Below, piece by piece: positions 27,395-38,028 of a stretch of 64,000 bases of DNA. The DNA is from Bradymonadia bacterium (lineage in GTDB: Bacteria > Myxococcota_A > Bradymonadia > UBA7976 > UBA1532). The position numbers were made by a program, and so were the translations under genes. Under the pieces are notes generated by a model. That model was given only the letters and a program-made list of their open reading frames with translations, had not been told where the DNA came from and did not search any database. The stretch is taken from NCBI GenBank assembly GCA_046290225.1, contig JBKAGE010000080.1:32001-96000 (forward strand). The letters are read 5' to 3'. The number at the start of each line of letters is the position of its first letter. The first letter of the stretch is position 1.

Positions 27395-29002
27395 TCACTG
27401 ACCACAGAGTAGCCCGTCAGGCATACATTGATGCCCGATGATCGCCTTCGCATTCGACACAGCAATGGGGAAGCATGTGAAGCCCGAAGGGCAACCTGAG
27501 TCATCGAGACAGGCCATCGTGCAGTAAGGCACCGGACCAACATGGACGCAGAGGTTCTCCTCCCCGGGGCAGGCGTCGCTGGTCTCACAGGGCGAGCACA
27601 GCGTGCTCTCGTCAGCCCATGGGGAGCGTCGGGGGTTGTCGCTCAGCCCGTGCACGCCGTACATCACCTGAGCGCTGATCCCCGTGTTGAGATCATTCAG
27701 GATCTGATCGTAGCTCTTCGGCACATGGACCCCGTTCTCCACCTGTGTCAAGTGCCGGAGCACGCCCGTCGACACCCGGGGCAGCTCGACGAGATAGCCG
27801 AAGTCGATGGTGCTGATGACGTCGAGGTTGGTGTTGTCCTTGTTCGGGTGGGCATAAAGCGCGTCGGCGTAGCCTGCGTAGCTCTTGCAGCCATTGAACA
27901 TGAACAGCTGGCTCTTCTCCGGCAGGTCGATGTCGGTGAGCTCAGGAATCGGCAGGGTCACAGTGGGGCTGTACGACACCGTGATCCCGGAGATGCCGTC
28001 GTTGTAACCCGCATGGCCATCGTAGATGACCACGTCGCGTTTGGCGGCGTTGGCCCGGTAGATGTCGAGCAGCTTCTCGTAGCCTGCTTCGTCCTGGGCC
28101 ATGTCGGGGTAATAGAGATACACCTCGATCTTCACCGTCTGCCCACCGGCGACGATCTCGCCAGTGAATGGCCCGCTGTCGAAGGTCAGCTCTTCCATGG
28201 TGGCTACAGGGGGGGTGAGCCCGAGGTGGTACTGCAGTAGCGCGAAGACGTTGAACGCATTGCGTCGATCCCAACGATCCTCGTTGTAGTCACCACCGAC
28301 GTGAATCGACACGTCGAAGACCCCATCTTCAAAGAGCTTGCGGTAGTCGGGGAACGCATCAGGAGTCTTGGGCGAGGGGCTCACATGTAGATCGATGGAG
28401 TCGAGCCACTCATCTTCAAACTGACGTGGATCAAAGCCCGTGAACATGCCGCCGTTGAAGTGCTCAAGCACCTCTGGATCCACCTTCATCATCGCGAGGG
28501 AGAACCACCCATTGGCATCGAGAGGTAACTGAGACATCAAGTTGTCAGGTCCGGCGATGTCGGCCTCGAAGTCGAAGGTCCAGGTGAGGGCTTCGCCTTC
28601 GACAGGCGTGATGTGCATCGCTTCGAAGGACTGCTCCCGAACAGTGCTTCGGAACCCGCCATAGCCATGGTTGGGTTTGTCCGAAAGCTTGCGGGTCAGA
28701 TATGCGAAAAGGAACCCGCTGGTGAGCTGGAACCGCTTCTGCACCAGAAACTGCACCCGGGCCTCGAGGGCCTCGCCGGTGAGCTCGGCATCGCTCTCCG
28801 GGAGCACGAGACGGTGCGTGCCCTTGACCCGAAACTCGCTGGCGATGGGGCTGCGGTAGTCGTCGGCCTTCTCTGGAGGCACTGCCGTGTAGACTGGCGC
28901 CTCGGTGCTGGTCCGCTCTTCCGTGGAGGCGGCGTCATCTCCGGTGTCACACCCGGTGAGGGCAGTGAGAAGCAGCGCAACAGTGACGAGATGTCGAGTC
29001 AT
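27395..29002 (-). CDS. Hypothetical lipoprotein with Cys-rich C-terminus
   Basis: Lipobox LTGC; GGAGG RBS; YDGHAG motif; terminal Cys cluster. Confidence 0.75.
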   Translation of the reverse strand: MTRHLVTVALLLTALTGCDTGDDAASTEERTSTEAPVYTAVPPEKADDYRSPIASEFRVKGTHRLVLPESDAELTGEALEARVQFLVQKRFQLTSGFLFAYLTRKLSDKPNHGYGGFRSTVREQSFEAMHITPVEGEALTWTFDFEADIAGPDNLMSQLPLDANGWFSLAMMKVDPEVLEHFNGGMFTGFDPRQFEDEWLDSIDLHVSPSPKTPDAFPDYRKLFEDGVFDVSIHVGGDYNEDRWDRRNAFNVFALLQYHLGLTPPVATMEELTFDSGPFTGEIVAGGQTVKIEVYLYYPDMAQDEAGYEKLLDIYRANAAKRDVVIYDGHAGYNDGISGITVSYSPTVTLPIPELTDIDLPEKSQLFMFNGCKSYAGYADALYAHPNKDNTNLDVISTIDFGYLVELPRVSTGVLRHLTQVENGVHVPKSYDQILNDLNTGISAQVMYGVHGLSDNPRRSPWADESTLCSPCETSDACPGEENLCVHVGPVPYCTMACLDDSGCPSGFTCFPIAVSNAKAIIGHQCMPDGLLCGQ

Positions 29003-29073
29003 GGCGTACCTCCTCCGCAGCGTTGGGGGTTGGGTGGTTTACCGCGTTGTCACCTGGTTTTCAACTCGTCGCC

Positions 29074-31305
29074 TCACCGTGTGGCCACGACCCAGGCCAC
29101 CTCAGTGTGCCAGCTCAGGCTCTGGTTTGCCCAGCGACCTCGGGCCCAACGGGCCAGAGTGTCGAGGGCGCCTGCCGCGAGCAGGTCAGGGTCGAAGTGG
29201 GCTGCGAGGCGCTGCCGGTAGCCTCCGGGGCTGTCAGCCCACCAGCGCGACACGAGGCCCGACGTGCCTTGCAGCGTCATCACCGTGGTGGCGGGGATGA
29301 CCGACGCCTCGAAGCCTGCCTCTGTGAGGATGTGTTGTAGACCTGCTGTACCCCAACGCAGCCTCGGCGTGTCTTCGGCATACACCGCCTCCTCTGCTGA
29401 GGCCCACGCTTCGGCGAGCGCCGGATCGAGGCCGATGAGCGGGGCGAGGGCATGCAGACGCTGGGTCTTCTGGGGGATCATCTCCGCGAGCACCAGCCGA
29501 CCACCCGGCGACATCACGTCGGCCAGGGCCTGCGCAGCCTCTGCTGTGGGCCCTTCAGTGAAGACATCGCGACCGATGACGCGCTCGAAGCGTACGCCAG
29601 CCTCCTGATCAGCCATGACCTTGGGCAACACCTCTATGGCTGACGTGATCAAGGTCGGTCGATGCAGGGGCGGCAGCCCGGCGATCTGGGCCTCTAACGC
29701 CGCCCTCAGCCGCATCGCCTCTCCAGGCTCGGCTTCGCTCACGCAGGCGTACACGCCGCCCTCCGGGGCCTTGCGCAGGGCCTCCCAGGTGAGCAGCCCG
29801 CTGCGCACTCGCACGTCGAGCACCAGATGATGCCGGGCGATCTCCGCCCGCTCGAAGATGCCCGCTCGAAGTGAAGCGAGGCGCTCCCCAGCACCTGAGG
29901 CCGCCCGATGCACCCATCGGTCGAGGCCAGCGTTCACAGGGCCAGTGGTCAAGCCCTCGGGGGCAGCCTCGAACTCCCGTACCGCTGCCACCTGGGCCTC
30001 GCGGCGCCGGGCCACCTGATCTCCGATCTGCGCCTCGTAGCCCTGATCGGATGGCTTGTAGAAGCTCTGCCCCACTAGGCCACTCGGCAGGTATTGCTGG
30101 GCCACCCAATGATCTCGGTAGGCATGGGGGTAGAGATAGCCCGCACCATGGCCGAAGCCCTCTTTGTCGCGGTTCGGATCTTTGAGGTGGTTGGGCACCT
30201 CGCCGTCCCGCTCCTCGCTCACCGTCTTGAGGGCCTCGAAGAAGCCCATGGTGCTGTTGGACTTCGGCGCCGTGGACAGGACCAGGACCGCCTGGGAGAG
30301 GTGATAACGCCCCTCGGGCAAGCCCACTCGGTCGAAGGCGGCGGCGCAGGCCTCCACCCGTACCAGGGCGTCGGGATCAGCGAGACCGATGTCTTCGCTG
30401 GCGAGGATGATCATCCGGCGGAACAGATACCGGGGATCTTCACCGGCATAGATCATCCGGGCCATCCAATAGAGGGCGGCGTCGGGATCGGACCCTCGAA
30501 CGCTCTTGATGAAGGCGCTGATGGCGTCGAAGTGGATGTCGCCTTCTTTGTCGTAGAGCACCGCCCGCTGCTGGATCGACTCCTCGGCCACCTGCAGCGT
30601 GATGACGATGGCGCCGTCATCGCTAGGCTCGGTGGTCGTCACTGCGAGCTCGAGGGCGTTGAGCAGCGCCCGGGCGTCGCCATTGCTGACATCGACGAGG
30701 TGATCGAGGGCGTCGGTCTCGATGGTCACCGGCAGCTCACCGAAGCCACGCTCCGGGGTGGTCAGGGCCCGCGACACCACTGAGCGCAAATCGTCGTTCG
30801 TCAGGGACTGAAGCTGAAACAGGCGAGAGCGGCTCACCAACGCCTTGTTCACCTCGAAGTACGGATTCTCCGTGGTGGCGCCGATGAAGATCACCGTGCC
30901 GTTCTCCACGTGGGGCAGCAGGGCGTCTTGCTGTGACTTGTTGAAGCGGTGCACCTCGTCGACGAACAAGATCGTACGTCGATCGTGCTCGGCTCTGATC
31001 TGGTGCGCGCGCTTGATCGACTCCCGGATGTCCTTCACCCCGGAGAGTACGGCGTTGAGGGCGATGAACTCGGCGGCGGTATGGTTGGCGATGATGCGGG
31101 CCAGCGTGGTCTTGCCCGTGCCTGGGGGGCCATAGAAGATCAGCGACGAGAGCTGATCCGCCTGGATCGCCCGACGCAGCAACCGCCCGGGGCCCACGAT
31201 GCCCCCCTGCCCCACGAACTCATCCAGGGTGCGCGGCCGCATCCGGGCCGCGAGGGGCGCCTCTGCCTCAACCCGGCGCTGACGCCGGTGTTCGAAGAGG
31301 TTCAC
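29074..31305 (-). CDS. rarA: Replication-associated recombination protein A (RarA/MgsA) with C-terminal methyltransferase-like extension
   Basis: PLAARMRP, GPPGTGKTT, FVDEVHRF, GATTENP, SVRGSDPDAALYW, SEDIGLADP, YLYPH. Confidence 0.92.
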   Translation of the reverse strand: MNLFEHRRQRRVEAEAPLAARMRPRTLDEFVGQGGIVGPGRLLRRAIQADQLSSLIFYGPPGTGKTTLARIIANHTAAEFIALNAVLSGVKDIRESIKRAHQIRAEHDRRTILFVDEVHRFNKSQQDALLPHVENGTVIFIGATTENPYFEVNKALVSRSRLFQLQSLTNDDLRSVVSRALTTPERGFGELPVTIETDALDHLVDVSNGDARALLNALELAVTTTEPSDDGAIVITLQVAEESIQQRAVLYDKEGDIHFDAISAFIKSVRGSDPDAALYWMARMIYAGEDPRYLFRRMIILASEDIGLADPDALVRVEACAAAFDRVGLPEGRYHLSQAVLVLSTAPKSNSTMGFFEALKTVSEERDGEVPNHLKDPNRDKEGFGHGAGYLYPHAYRDHWVAQQYLPSGLVGQSFYKPSDQGYEAQIGDQVARRREAQVAAVREFEAAPEGLTTGPVNAGLDRWVHRAASGAGERLASLRAGIFERAEIARHHLVLDVRVRSGLLTWEALRKAPEGGVYACVSEAEPGEAMRLRAALEAQIAGLPPLHRPTLITSAIEVLPKVMADQEAGVRFERVIGRDVFTEGPTAEAAQALADVMSPGGRLVLAEMIPQKTQRLHALAPLIGLDPALAEAWASAEEAVYAEDTPRLRWGTAGLQHILTEAGFEASVIPATTVMTLQGTSGLVSRWWADSPGGYRQRLAAHFDPDLLAAGALDTLARWARGRWANQSLSWHTEVAWVVATR

Positions 31306-31312
31306 GGCACGA

Positions 31313-31894
31313 TCAACCTTCCAAGGCCTCGAGGCCGCCGAGGATCAACTCGCACATGGCCTCTGCCCGGGCCTGGAGCGTCAGCGGATCATGTTCGATC
31401 CGCCCATCGGCGGCGAGGGTGGCCAGGCCATGGATCGCCGCCCAGGCAAGCTCGTCGGCCTCGGGGCCAAGGGCTTCTTCGGGGTCGACGCCACGCTCGG
31501 CGTAGACCGCATCGAGGGCGTGGGTGATGCCGAGTGGCGGTGCATCTGTGGCGGGACCATGGGGGCCGTATACCAAACGAAAGAGGTGGGTACGATGCAC
31601 AGCGAACTCGACATAGGCGGTGATCAGCTGCAGCAGACGCTCTTCACCTGTGCCTTCTGCCGCCGCGTCCACGGTCATCTGCACCAACGCCTCGTGGTGC
31701 GTGGCCGCCACGACGCCGAGGATCGCGCTCTTGTCCTTGAAGTGCCGGTAAGCCGCTGCCGGATCCACCTGCAGCGTGCGTGCGCACGCCCTCAAGCTGA
31801 GCTGCTCGGCACCGTCAGCTTCGACGCGTTGGGTGGCCTCTTCCAAGAGAGCACGGCGTAAGTCACCGTGATGATATCGATCTCGCTTGCCCAT
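31313..31894 (-). CDS. TetR/AcrR regulator (WHG-type)
   Basis: YHHGDLRRALL, LSLR.CAR.L.V..AAAYRHF, WAAIHGLA. Confidence 0.9.
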   Translation of the reverse strand: MGKRDRYHHGDLRRALLEEATQRVEADGAEQLSLRACARTLQVDPAAAYRHFKDKSAILGVVAATHHEALVQMTVDAAAEGTGEERLLQLITAYVEFAVHRTHLFRLVYGPHGPATDAPPLGITHALDAVYAERGVDPEEALGPEADELAWAAIHGLATLAADGRIEHDPLTLQARAEAMCELILGGLEALEG

Positions 31895-31896
31895 AC

Positions 31897-32793
31897 TTAC
31901 CCCGTCAGTCGATTTACAGCGTCGTGGAACTCCCGCACCACCTCTTCGACGATCTGCCCGATGGGCTTCACGTCGTGGATCGTGCTCACCCCCTGGCCCG
32001 CGCTCCAGATGTCCCGCCAGCGCTTGGCCTCTTCGTGGCCTCTGCCCGGCGTGGTGTCGTCGGGCAACGTCGAGGCGATGAAGTTGGCGTGAATGCCAGA
32101 GACCTTGTCAGTGTAGACGATGCCGTCGTGGGTCGTCTCCACCACCAGATCTTTGTACTGGTCCGAGGCCCCACACTCCGTCGAGGCGATGAAGCGCGTG
32201 CCCATGTACGCCAGCTCCGCCCCGAGGGACAGCGCCGCAGCGACCTGGGCCCCGCCAGAGATGCAGCCGGCCCCGATGATGGGCACCTCGAGATGCTCAC
32301 GCAGGTACGGAATCAATGCGTAGGGGTTCACCGTGCCGGCGTGCCCACCTGCCCCCTGGCTGACCCCGATGATGGCGTCTACACCTGCGGACTGCGCCTT
32401 GAGGGCATGCTTGAGGTTGATGACGTCGTGGAACACCGTCACCCCTTTGCCGTGGGCCACCTTCACGATCTCCGTGGGGTTGCCGTAGCTGGTGATCATC
32501 ACCGGCACCTCATACTCGAGGCACAGCTCAACATCCCGCATCAGCCGCGCCGGATCAGTGAGGCCGATGGTGACGTTGATGGCGAAGGGCCGGTCGGTCC
32601 GGGCCCTGATCCACTGCAAATCGGCCTCGAACTGCTCCACGGTGCGGGCGTTGAGGCTGGGCATCGATCCGAGGATCCCCGCCTCGGCGCAGGCCACGAT
32701 CATCTCTTTGTTGCTGATGATGAACATGGGGGCGGCCACCAGGGGGTACTTCAGCCCCAGCCGCTTGGAGAGCGGGGTGGAAAAGCTGGCCAT
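31897..32793 (-). CDS. Nitronate monooxygenase family flavoprotein
   Basis: PLVAAPMF, GAGGHAG, AGCISGG, AYMGTRFIAS, WSAGQGV. Confidence 0.9.
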   Translation of the reverse strand: MASFSTPLSKRLGLKYPLVAAPMFIISNKEMIVACAEAGILGSMPSLNARTVEQFEADLQWIRARTDRPFAINVTIGLTDPARLMRDVELCLEYEVPVMITSYGNPTEIVKVAHGKGVTVFHDVINLKHALKAQSAGVDAIIGVSQGAGGHAGTVNPYALIPYLREHLEVPIIGAGCISGGAQVAAALSLGAELAYMGTRFIASTECGASDQYKDLVVETTHDGIVYTDKVSGIHANFIASTLPDDTTPGRGHEEAKRWRDIWSAGQGVSTIHDVKPIGQIVEEVVREFHDAVNRLTG

Positions 32794-33512
32794 CAGGGCT
32801 CCTCTTCGCCGGGTTCCAGCAAGAAGGGGTAGGTCACCTCGAGGGGCTCACCGCTCTCGGGGGCCTGGAACTTCACCCCTTCGATGCTGTTTACGATGCA
32901 CCCTTCCAGGGCGCTGTGGTCAAGATCTGATTGCACGATCTTCACTGCTTTGATCTGCCCAGGCCGATCCTGGGCCGCTTCGGTGTCGCTGCCCTCTTCG
33001 ACGTCTGGCGCGTCGATGGTGAATTGAATCGCCACCCGGCCTTCGATTGGGTCTTCGGTGCGCTTCGCCCACCCGTCGTAGCATTCTTCGATGTGGGGCT
33101 TGATCTCTTTCATCGCCCCCACCACACCTTCTTTGTCGAGGGACCAGATCATGGCCTCTTCGACATCGCCCTCTGCTGCCTCATCGAGGGGCTGAGCTTC
33201 TTTTTCGGCATCTTCAGCGACATCGGTTTCAGCAACTTTGGGAGCGGCCTGAGGATCTCCGCCGGGCATCACCTTGTCCTCTGCGGGTGCCTGCAATGGA
33301 GGTTGGGGCCTGGCGACGTCACGCTGAGTATGCGCCGGGCTCGGTAGCTCGGGCGGGTTTGACGGGGCTGGGCGATTTGCTGTGGCGGGTTGTGTCTCGG
33401 TCTTCGCTGTGGGGCCACTCCGGGGGATGCCGTCAGGCCCTGGCGGACGATTGAGCCACCACAACCCACCGATGGCGATCAACAACAGCGCAATGGCGCC
33501 CCAGATCTTCAT
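32793..33512 (-). CDS. AgmX/PglI C-terminal (TonB-C-like) domain membrane protein
   Basis: N-terminal TM, Pro-rich linker, IEECY...GRVAIQFTI...LEGCI...FQAP...VTYPF. Confidence 0.75.
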   Translation of the reverse strand: MKIWGAIALLLIAIGGLWWLNRPPGPDGIPRSGPTAKTETQPATANRPAPSNPPELPSPAHTQRDVARPQPPLQAPAEDKVMPGGDPQAAPKVAETDVAEDAEKEAQPLDEAAEGDVEEAMIWSLDKEGVVGAMKEIKPHIEECYDGWAKRTEDPIEGRVAIQFTIDAPDVEEGSDTEAAQDRPGQIKAVKIVQSDLDHSALEGCIVNSIEGVKFQAPESGEPLEVTYPFLLEPGEEEP

Positions 33513-33709
33513 GTGCGATCTCCCCGTGGTCTCCACAGCCATCGAGAAACACGTGTGCCCGCCTGGGCACCCCGATGCCCACAAGACAACACATCACCTC
33601 GCGATGAACAACACAGACACACGCTCTCTACCGACTTGGTGCAATGCAACAATTCACGATCAAGTGCCACTCTCCCGGCACAATCATGTTGAAACACGGG
33701 TAGAGCGAC

Positions 33710-34906
33710 ATGCTGAGGAAGCTGAACGGCACCATTGTATCTATGGCACTGGCACTCATGGGGTGCGAGACGTCAGGCTTCAGCGAAGGGGCCACAGCAC
33801 ACGACGGGGGCATGCCTGAGCCAGACATGCACATCAGTCAGAGAGACGCCACCGTCGATGACTCCAGCCTGCCAGATGCGGACACAGAAGACCTGGATGA
33901 TGCCGGGCAGGATGCCGACATCGACGATCCCTGGTCCAGTGCGGGCTGCGCCTCCGGCATCGAGTGGTCTCCCATGGGAGAGCTGGCCGGTGCGGGCCGC
34001 GATCACCACATGACCTTCATCAACGCACGGGTCTCACCTCCGACCCTGCACGTCGTCGGAGGCACGAACTACAACACAGTGTTCACCGACAGCTGGCGGG
34101 CGCCGATTCTCGAAGACGGCGCCCTCGGCGAGTGGGCGCCCGCGGTCGACCTGCCTCTCCCCAGGAGCGGGGCCGCGGTCGCTCAGGCCCATGGGCGCAC
34201 CTACATCCTTGGTGGTCGAGATCGCGCCGGGATGAAGCGTGAGGTGTATGCCTCACGACATGATCCGAGTGGTGCGCTCGTCGGCTGGGACCCCATGCCC
34301 GACTTGCCCCAGGTTTCGTTCCACGGAAGCGCCACAGCCACCGAGTCGCACGTCTACCTCACCGGTGGCCTCGACGGGCGGGGCAACGCGCTCCCGCACA
34401 TTTACGTGGGGGCCCTCGACGCAGATGGCGAGATCATCGAGTGGCGCACCCAGGCGCTGCCAGAGGATCGCTCACATCACTCGAGCTTCGTAGGCGACGG
34501 GTATCTGTATTTGGTCCACGGCTTCGCAGGGAACCCCTTCAGAAATCAGACGCGCTACCACCAGGGCATCTTGAGGGCACAGATCCTCGAAGACGGCGTC
34601 CTGGGTCCATGGGCAGAGGTCGTGCGCTTCGAGGACGAGCTCGCCACCCACGCAACGACGCAGGTCGGTACCTGCGCCTATGTCCTCGCTGGTCTCGTGA
34701 ACAGCGACGACTACTCCGGCTCAGCCTTCGCACTGGACTGGTCGGAAGGCGCTGTGGAGGTCCTCCCCGTGGGGGGTGTACTGGGCACTGGGCGCTCCCA
34801 CATGCACCAGGTGCCGTTCTACGACGGCAGGCTCTATGTCGTAGGTGGCAGCGAGGCTTATCGACAGGTCAGCACGCAGGTGGAGGTCGGTGAGTTGATC
34901 GAGTGA
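33710..34906 (+). CDS. Kelch-repeat lipoprotein
   Basis: Lipobox LMGC; repeated Y/H-x-x-GG...W units. Confidence 0.8.
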   Translation: MLRKLNGTIVSMALALMGCETSGFSEGATAHDGGMPEPDMHISQRDATVDDSSLPDADTEDLDDAGQDADIDDPWSSAGCASGIEWSPMGELAGAGRDHHMTFINARVSPPTLHVVGGTNYNTVFTDSWRAPILEDGALGEWAPAVDLPLPRSGAAVAQAHGRTYILGGRDRAGMKREVYASRHDPSGALVGWDPMPDLPQVSFHGSATATESHVYLTGGLDGRGNALPHIYVGALDADGEIIEWRTQALPEDRSHHSSFVGDGYLYLVHGFAGNPFRNQTRYHQGILRAQILEDGVLGPWAEVVRFEDELATHATTQVGTCAYVLAGLVNSDDYSGSAFALDWSEGAVEVLPVGGVLGTGRSHMHQVPFYDGRLYVVGGSEAYRQVSTQVEVGELIE

Positions 34907-34930
34907 TGGAAAGCCTCTGACTGTACGGAA

Positions 34931-37840
34931 TCAGTCCACAACGCCCATCAGCTGTACGTCGCCATTCTCAAGCCAGAGCAAGGGCAACGGTGGCACGATC
35001 GCCCCCGTCGGATCGAGCGGCACCAGACTCAGCCCCTGCCCCAGACCCATGGGGTGCTCGATCACCACCCAATCACCATACACGGCCACCGGGTAGGCCC
35101 CTCGGCCATCAGTGGGGGTCAGCTGACGCGCGGGACCGCCATCGAGGGGCAAGGCGTGGACGTCAGGCTCTCGGGTCAAGCGGGGCTCTGGCGCCTCACC
35201 TACGTCCTCCCCCGCCGGCTCACCTTCGGCGCGGGCCACCAGCGCATGATCGCCCGTCAACACCATGTCGGTCAGCGCCATCGGCTGGGGCCAGGGGTGC
35301 CACAGACCAGTCTCGTGGCTCACCTCACCCCATGCCTGAAAGCCCGCCTCCGTACCCACGCCATACACCCAGCGATCTCCGCTCCATTTGAGGTAGGTCT
35401 CTTCTTCGAGATCCTCTACAGGCAAACCGTCGGCGACCACTTCGTGGGGCTGCGCCTCTTCACCAGGGGCAAAAGAGACAGCCATGAGCGTGCCCTCTGG
35501 CCGCATGTAGAAACCTCTCGTGCCCACGACGCCGGCGAAGCGGGCTCGATGCATCTCATCGCCTCTGGGCGCATAGCTCGGCGTCTCGTCATTGGCGTCC
35601 ACGATGTGGAGATGCAGGTTGAACGCCAGGTTGGCAGCGGCATTGGCCAGAACACGCCCATCAGGCAACACCGCCAGCACCTCCACCGACACGTGGGGAT
35701 CATGCTCCACCGGAGTGACTTGCCCAGTTTCCAGGTCTACGATCTTCAACCCCCGCACACCGTCACTCTCCCCGACCCAAGCAGCACGACGTCTTTCGGG
35801 ATCGAGGGCCACCAGCATCTGGTGGGGCCCTGCGTCAGGTGTGGACCCGAGCTGCTGAGGGGCACTTGGGCCCTCTTCCGGAGGCTCGACGAGAGAGATC
35901 GAACTTGAGCGCACCACCAACAGGCGTCCGTTTGTCACCGGGGCGATGGCGATGATGGGCTGGCGCTGCCGCGTCGCCCAATCGCGACCTCGACCCTCTG
36001 GACTCAGGTCATACCCGACGATGGCCCCGCTCTCGGTGGCCGCGAGGACCTCGTCGCCCATGAAGACCACCCCGCTGCTCCACTGATGACCATTGAGGGC
36101 ACCTGCAGCGGGCACCCGTACACGGTTCACGTTGTCGTGGAGCACCTTCGGACCGCCTGGTGTCGAACGCACCAGCGCCTGGCCCTGGTCGCCCCTCACC
36201 CAGGCGGAGTAGCGCAACCAGAGGCCACCACTCGGTGTCACCCTGCAGCTCACGCTGAGGCTGATGTCGTCGTAGTTTCGTGTAGGACCTGTGACGATGG
36301 TGCTGGTCGCTGGCCGCCCGTCCAGCGGTTGACGTACGATCTCGTACATCGCCACTGGCATGTACTCTGTCTGCGATGCGAACCAGATCTCCCCACGCGC
36401 TCGATCGATGGCGCATATCTGCCGGGGGTGATCTGACAACCCGGGCCCTTCGGGCAGATCCCTCACAGCAGCTGGGCTGTCTGGCACAGTCGGCACCTGA
36501 GCATATCGCCGATCGCCGATGCTGAGCACCACAGTTCCGCTCTCATCGTCTATGAGCAGAGGGCGATCGATGGGCAACCCGTCGACCTCTTCGCGGACCA
36601 GCTGAGGTGCGCCGACTACGCCATCTGCCAGCGGCAGCCACATCAAACGCCCATCTTCGACATAGACAGCCCCGCTGCCGTCTTCGAAGAAACTCAGAGG
36701 CGATCTGGTCGGCACGGGTTGGGGTGCACCTGGCCAGTCACTGTCGAGATGACGGACCCATTTTTGGTCATCGTGCCAGTAACTCAGCCAGTGGATGTTG
36801 TCACCGAAATGGCGCAGCTCAGGCCGAGAGAAGATCTCCGACAGCATCATGGCACCACGGGCACCCTCCAGGTCGACGAGTTGCAGCCGATACTCACCGG
36901 CGGCCTCCCCCTCGGTCATCCACGCCGCCAGCCCCGAGACCATGGTGAGTTGGGTGCCCTCCGCCGGCCGGCCCCACTGACCCACCCTGACAGGCTCACC
37001 TGACCAGAGCGCGGTCCACAGCTCTCCCTCCGCGTTGAGCCAGCTCACTCGATGATCGGTCAAGAGCTGAGAGACCACAGGCACCTCACCTGCCATCGGG
37101 AGCGTCCACTCCGCCTCACTGACCTCGGGGCTGTCAAATGTGAGCTGGTGATGGGCGAGATGCTCCGCCTCTCTCACGGACATCCACACCTGCTCGGCGT
37201 CGGCCCGCGTGAGTGCAGGGTGCAGCAGGCCGACATACGACCACCACGCGGTCAGCTGCCCCCTGACATCTACGGCCCCGAGCAGGGTCTGCCGATGCGT
37301 GCTCTGCTCTTCAACAGTGCGGGTCAAGACGATGTGCTGATCGTCAGATACAGACCAGGTGGCCTCTTCGGGTAGCGGCAGGTTGAAGCCCTGATGCTCG
37401 AGGGTGCCATCGGCGGCAACGTCCACCCGGGACACGAACAGCCCGGTGACCGAATCTCCCCACAACGTGCCGAGCGCCACCACGACTGGCAGCTCTGCTT
37501 CTCCGAGGCATTGTCCGTCTATACATCGCCCGCCGTGGGCGCCCTCGCAGCAGATACCGTCGAGCGCGTGCGCCATGACACATGCGCCTTCTACATCACA
37601 CTGGACGACCAGACACTCGTTCTCGCTGGGTGGGCACATACAGGCCTGCGCCTCGTCACCAGGATCGCCCTCGCCGCCCGCGCCGCCCTGGCCACCCACG
37701 CCACCATCTGCGTTGTTCGACAGGTCGGCCGCCCGGGGCGTGTCTTCACATGCTGCCAGGGCCACCAGCGCCCACAACATCACAATGGGTGCTGCGCGCC
37801 CACGCGTTGTCGCTCCCCTCTCACTGAACATGGCGTCCAT
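34931..37840 (-). CDS. Large hypothetical lipoprotein, probable beta-propeller
   Basis: Lipobox LAAC, Gly linker, Cys-rich module, Trp/Val-rich beta-repeat body. Confidence 0.65.
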   Translation of the reverse strand: MDAMFSERGATTRGRAAPIVMLWALVALAACEDTPRAADLSNNADGGVGGQGGAGGEGDPGDEAQACMCPPSENECLVVQCDVEGACVMAHALDGICCEGAHGGRCIDGQCLGEAELPVVVALGTLWGDSVTGLFVSRVDVAADGTLEHQGFNLPLPEEATWSVSDDQHIVLTRTVEEQSTHRQTLLGAVDVRGQLTAWWSYVGLLHPALTRADAEQVWMSVREAEHLAHHQLTFDSPEVSEAEWTLPMAGEVPVVSQLLTDHRVSWLNAEGELWTALWSGEPVRVGQWGRPAEGTQLTMVSGLAAWMTEGEAAGEYRLQLVDLEGARGAMMLSEIFSRPELRHFGDNIHWLSYWHDDQKWVRHLDSDWPGAPQPVPTRSPLSFFEDGSGAVYVEDGRLMWLPLADGVVGAPQLVREEVDGLPIDRPLLIDDESGTVVLSIGDRRYAQVPTVPDSPAAVRDLPEGPGLSDHPRQICAIDRARGEIWFASQTEYMPVAMYEIVRQPLDGRPATSTIVTGPTRNYDDISLSVSCRVTPSGGLWLRYSAWVRGDQGQALVRSTPGGPKVLHDNVNRVRVPAAGALNGHQWSSGVVFMGDEVLAATESGAIVGYDLSPEGRGRDWATRQRQPIIAIAPVTNGRLLVVRSSSISLVEPPEEGPSAPQQLGSTPDAGPHQMLVALDPERRRAAWVGESDGVRGLKIVDLETGQVTPVEHDPHVSVEVLAVLPDGRVLANAAANLAFNLHLHIVDANDETPSYAPRGDEMHRARFAGVVGTRGFYMRPEGTLMAVSFAPGEEAQPHEVVADGLPVEDLEEETYLKWSGDRWVYGVGTEAGFQAWGEVSHETGLWHPWPQPMALTDMVLTGDHALVARAEGEPAGEDVGEAPEPRLTREPDVHALPLDGGPARQLTPTDGRGAYPVAVYGDWVVIEHPMGLGQGLSLVPLDPTGAIVPPLPLLWLENGDVQLMGVVD

Positions 37841-38028
37841 TGCTCCCCCCTCTGCCTACGGCAACATGCCTTCTGGAAGGGAGAACCGTAGAGAAGACCT
37901 CGAATCGAGATTCAACGGGCAACGGGCACTTCTGTATATCTGTTGAAGCTGCGAGCGGAGGGGTGCCCTCGGCGTCGAGGGAGAGGGCTTCCAGGAGGGT
38001 GGCGTCGGCGCCCGGAGCACCCGAGGGC

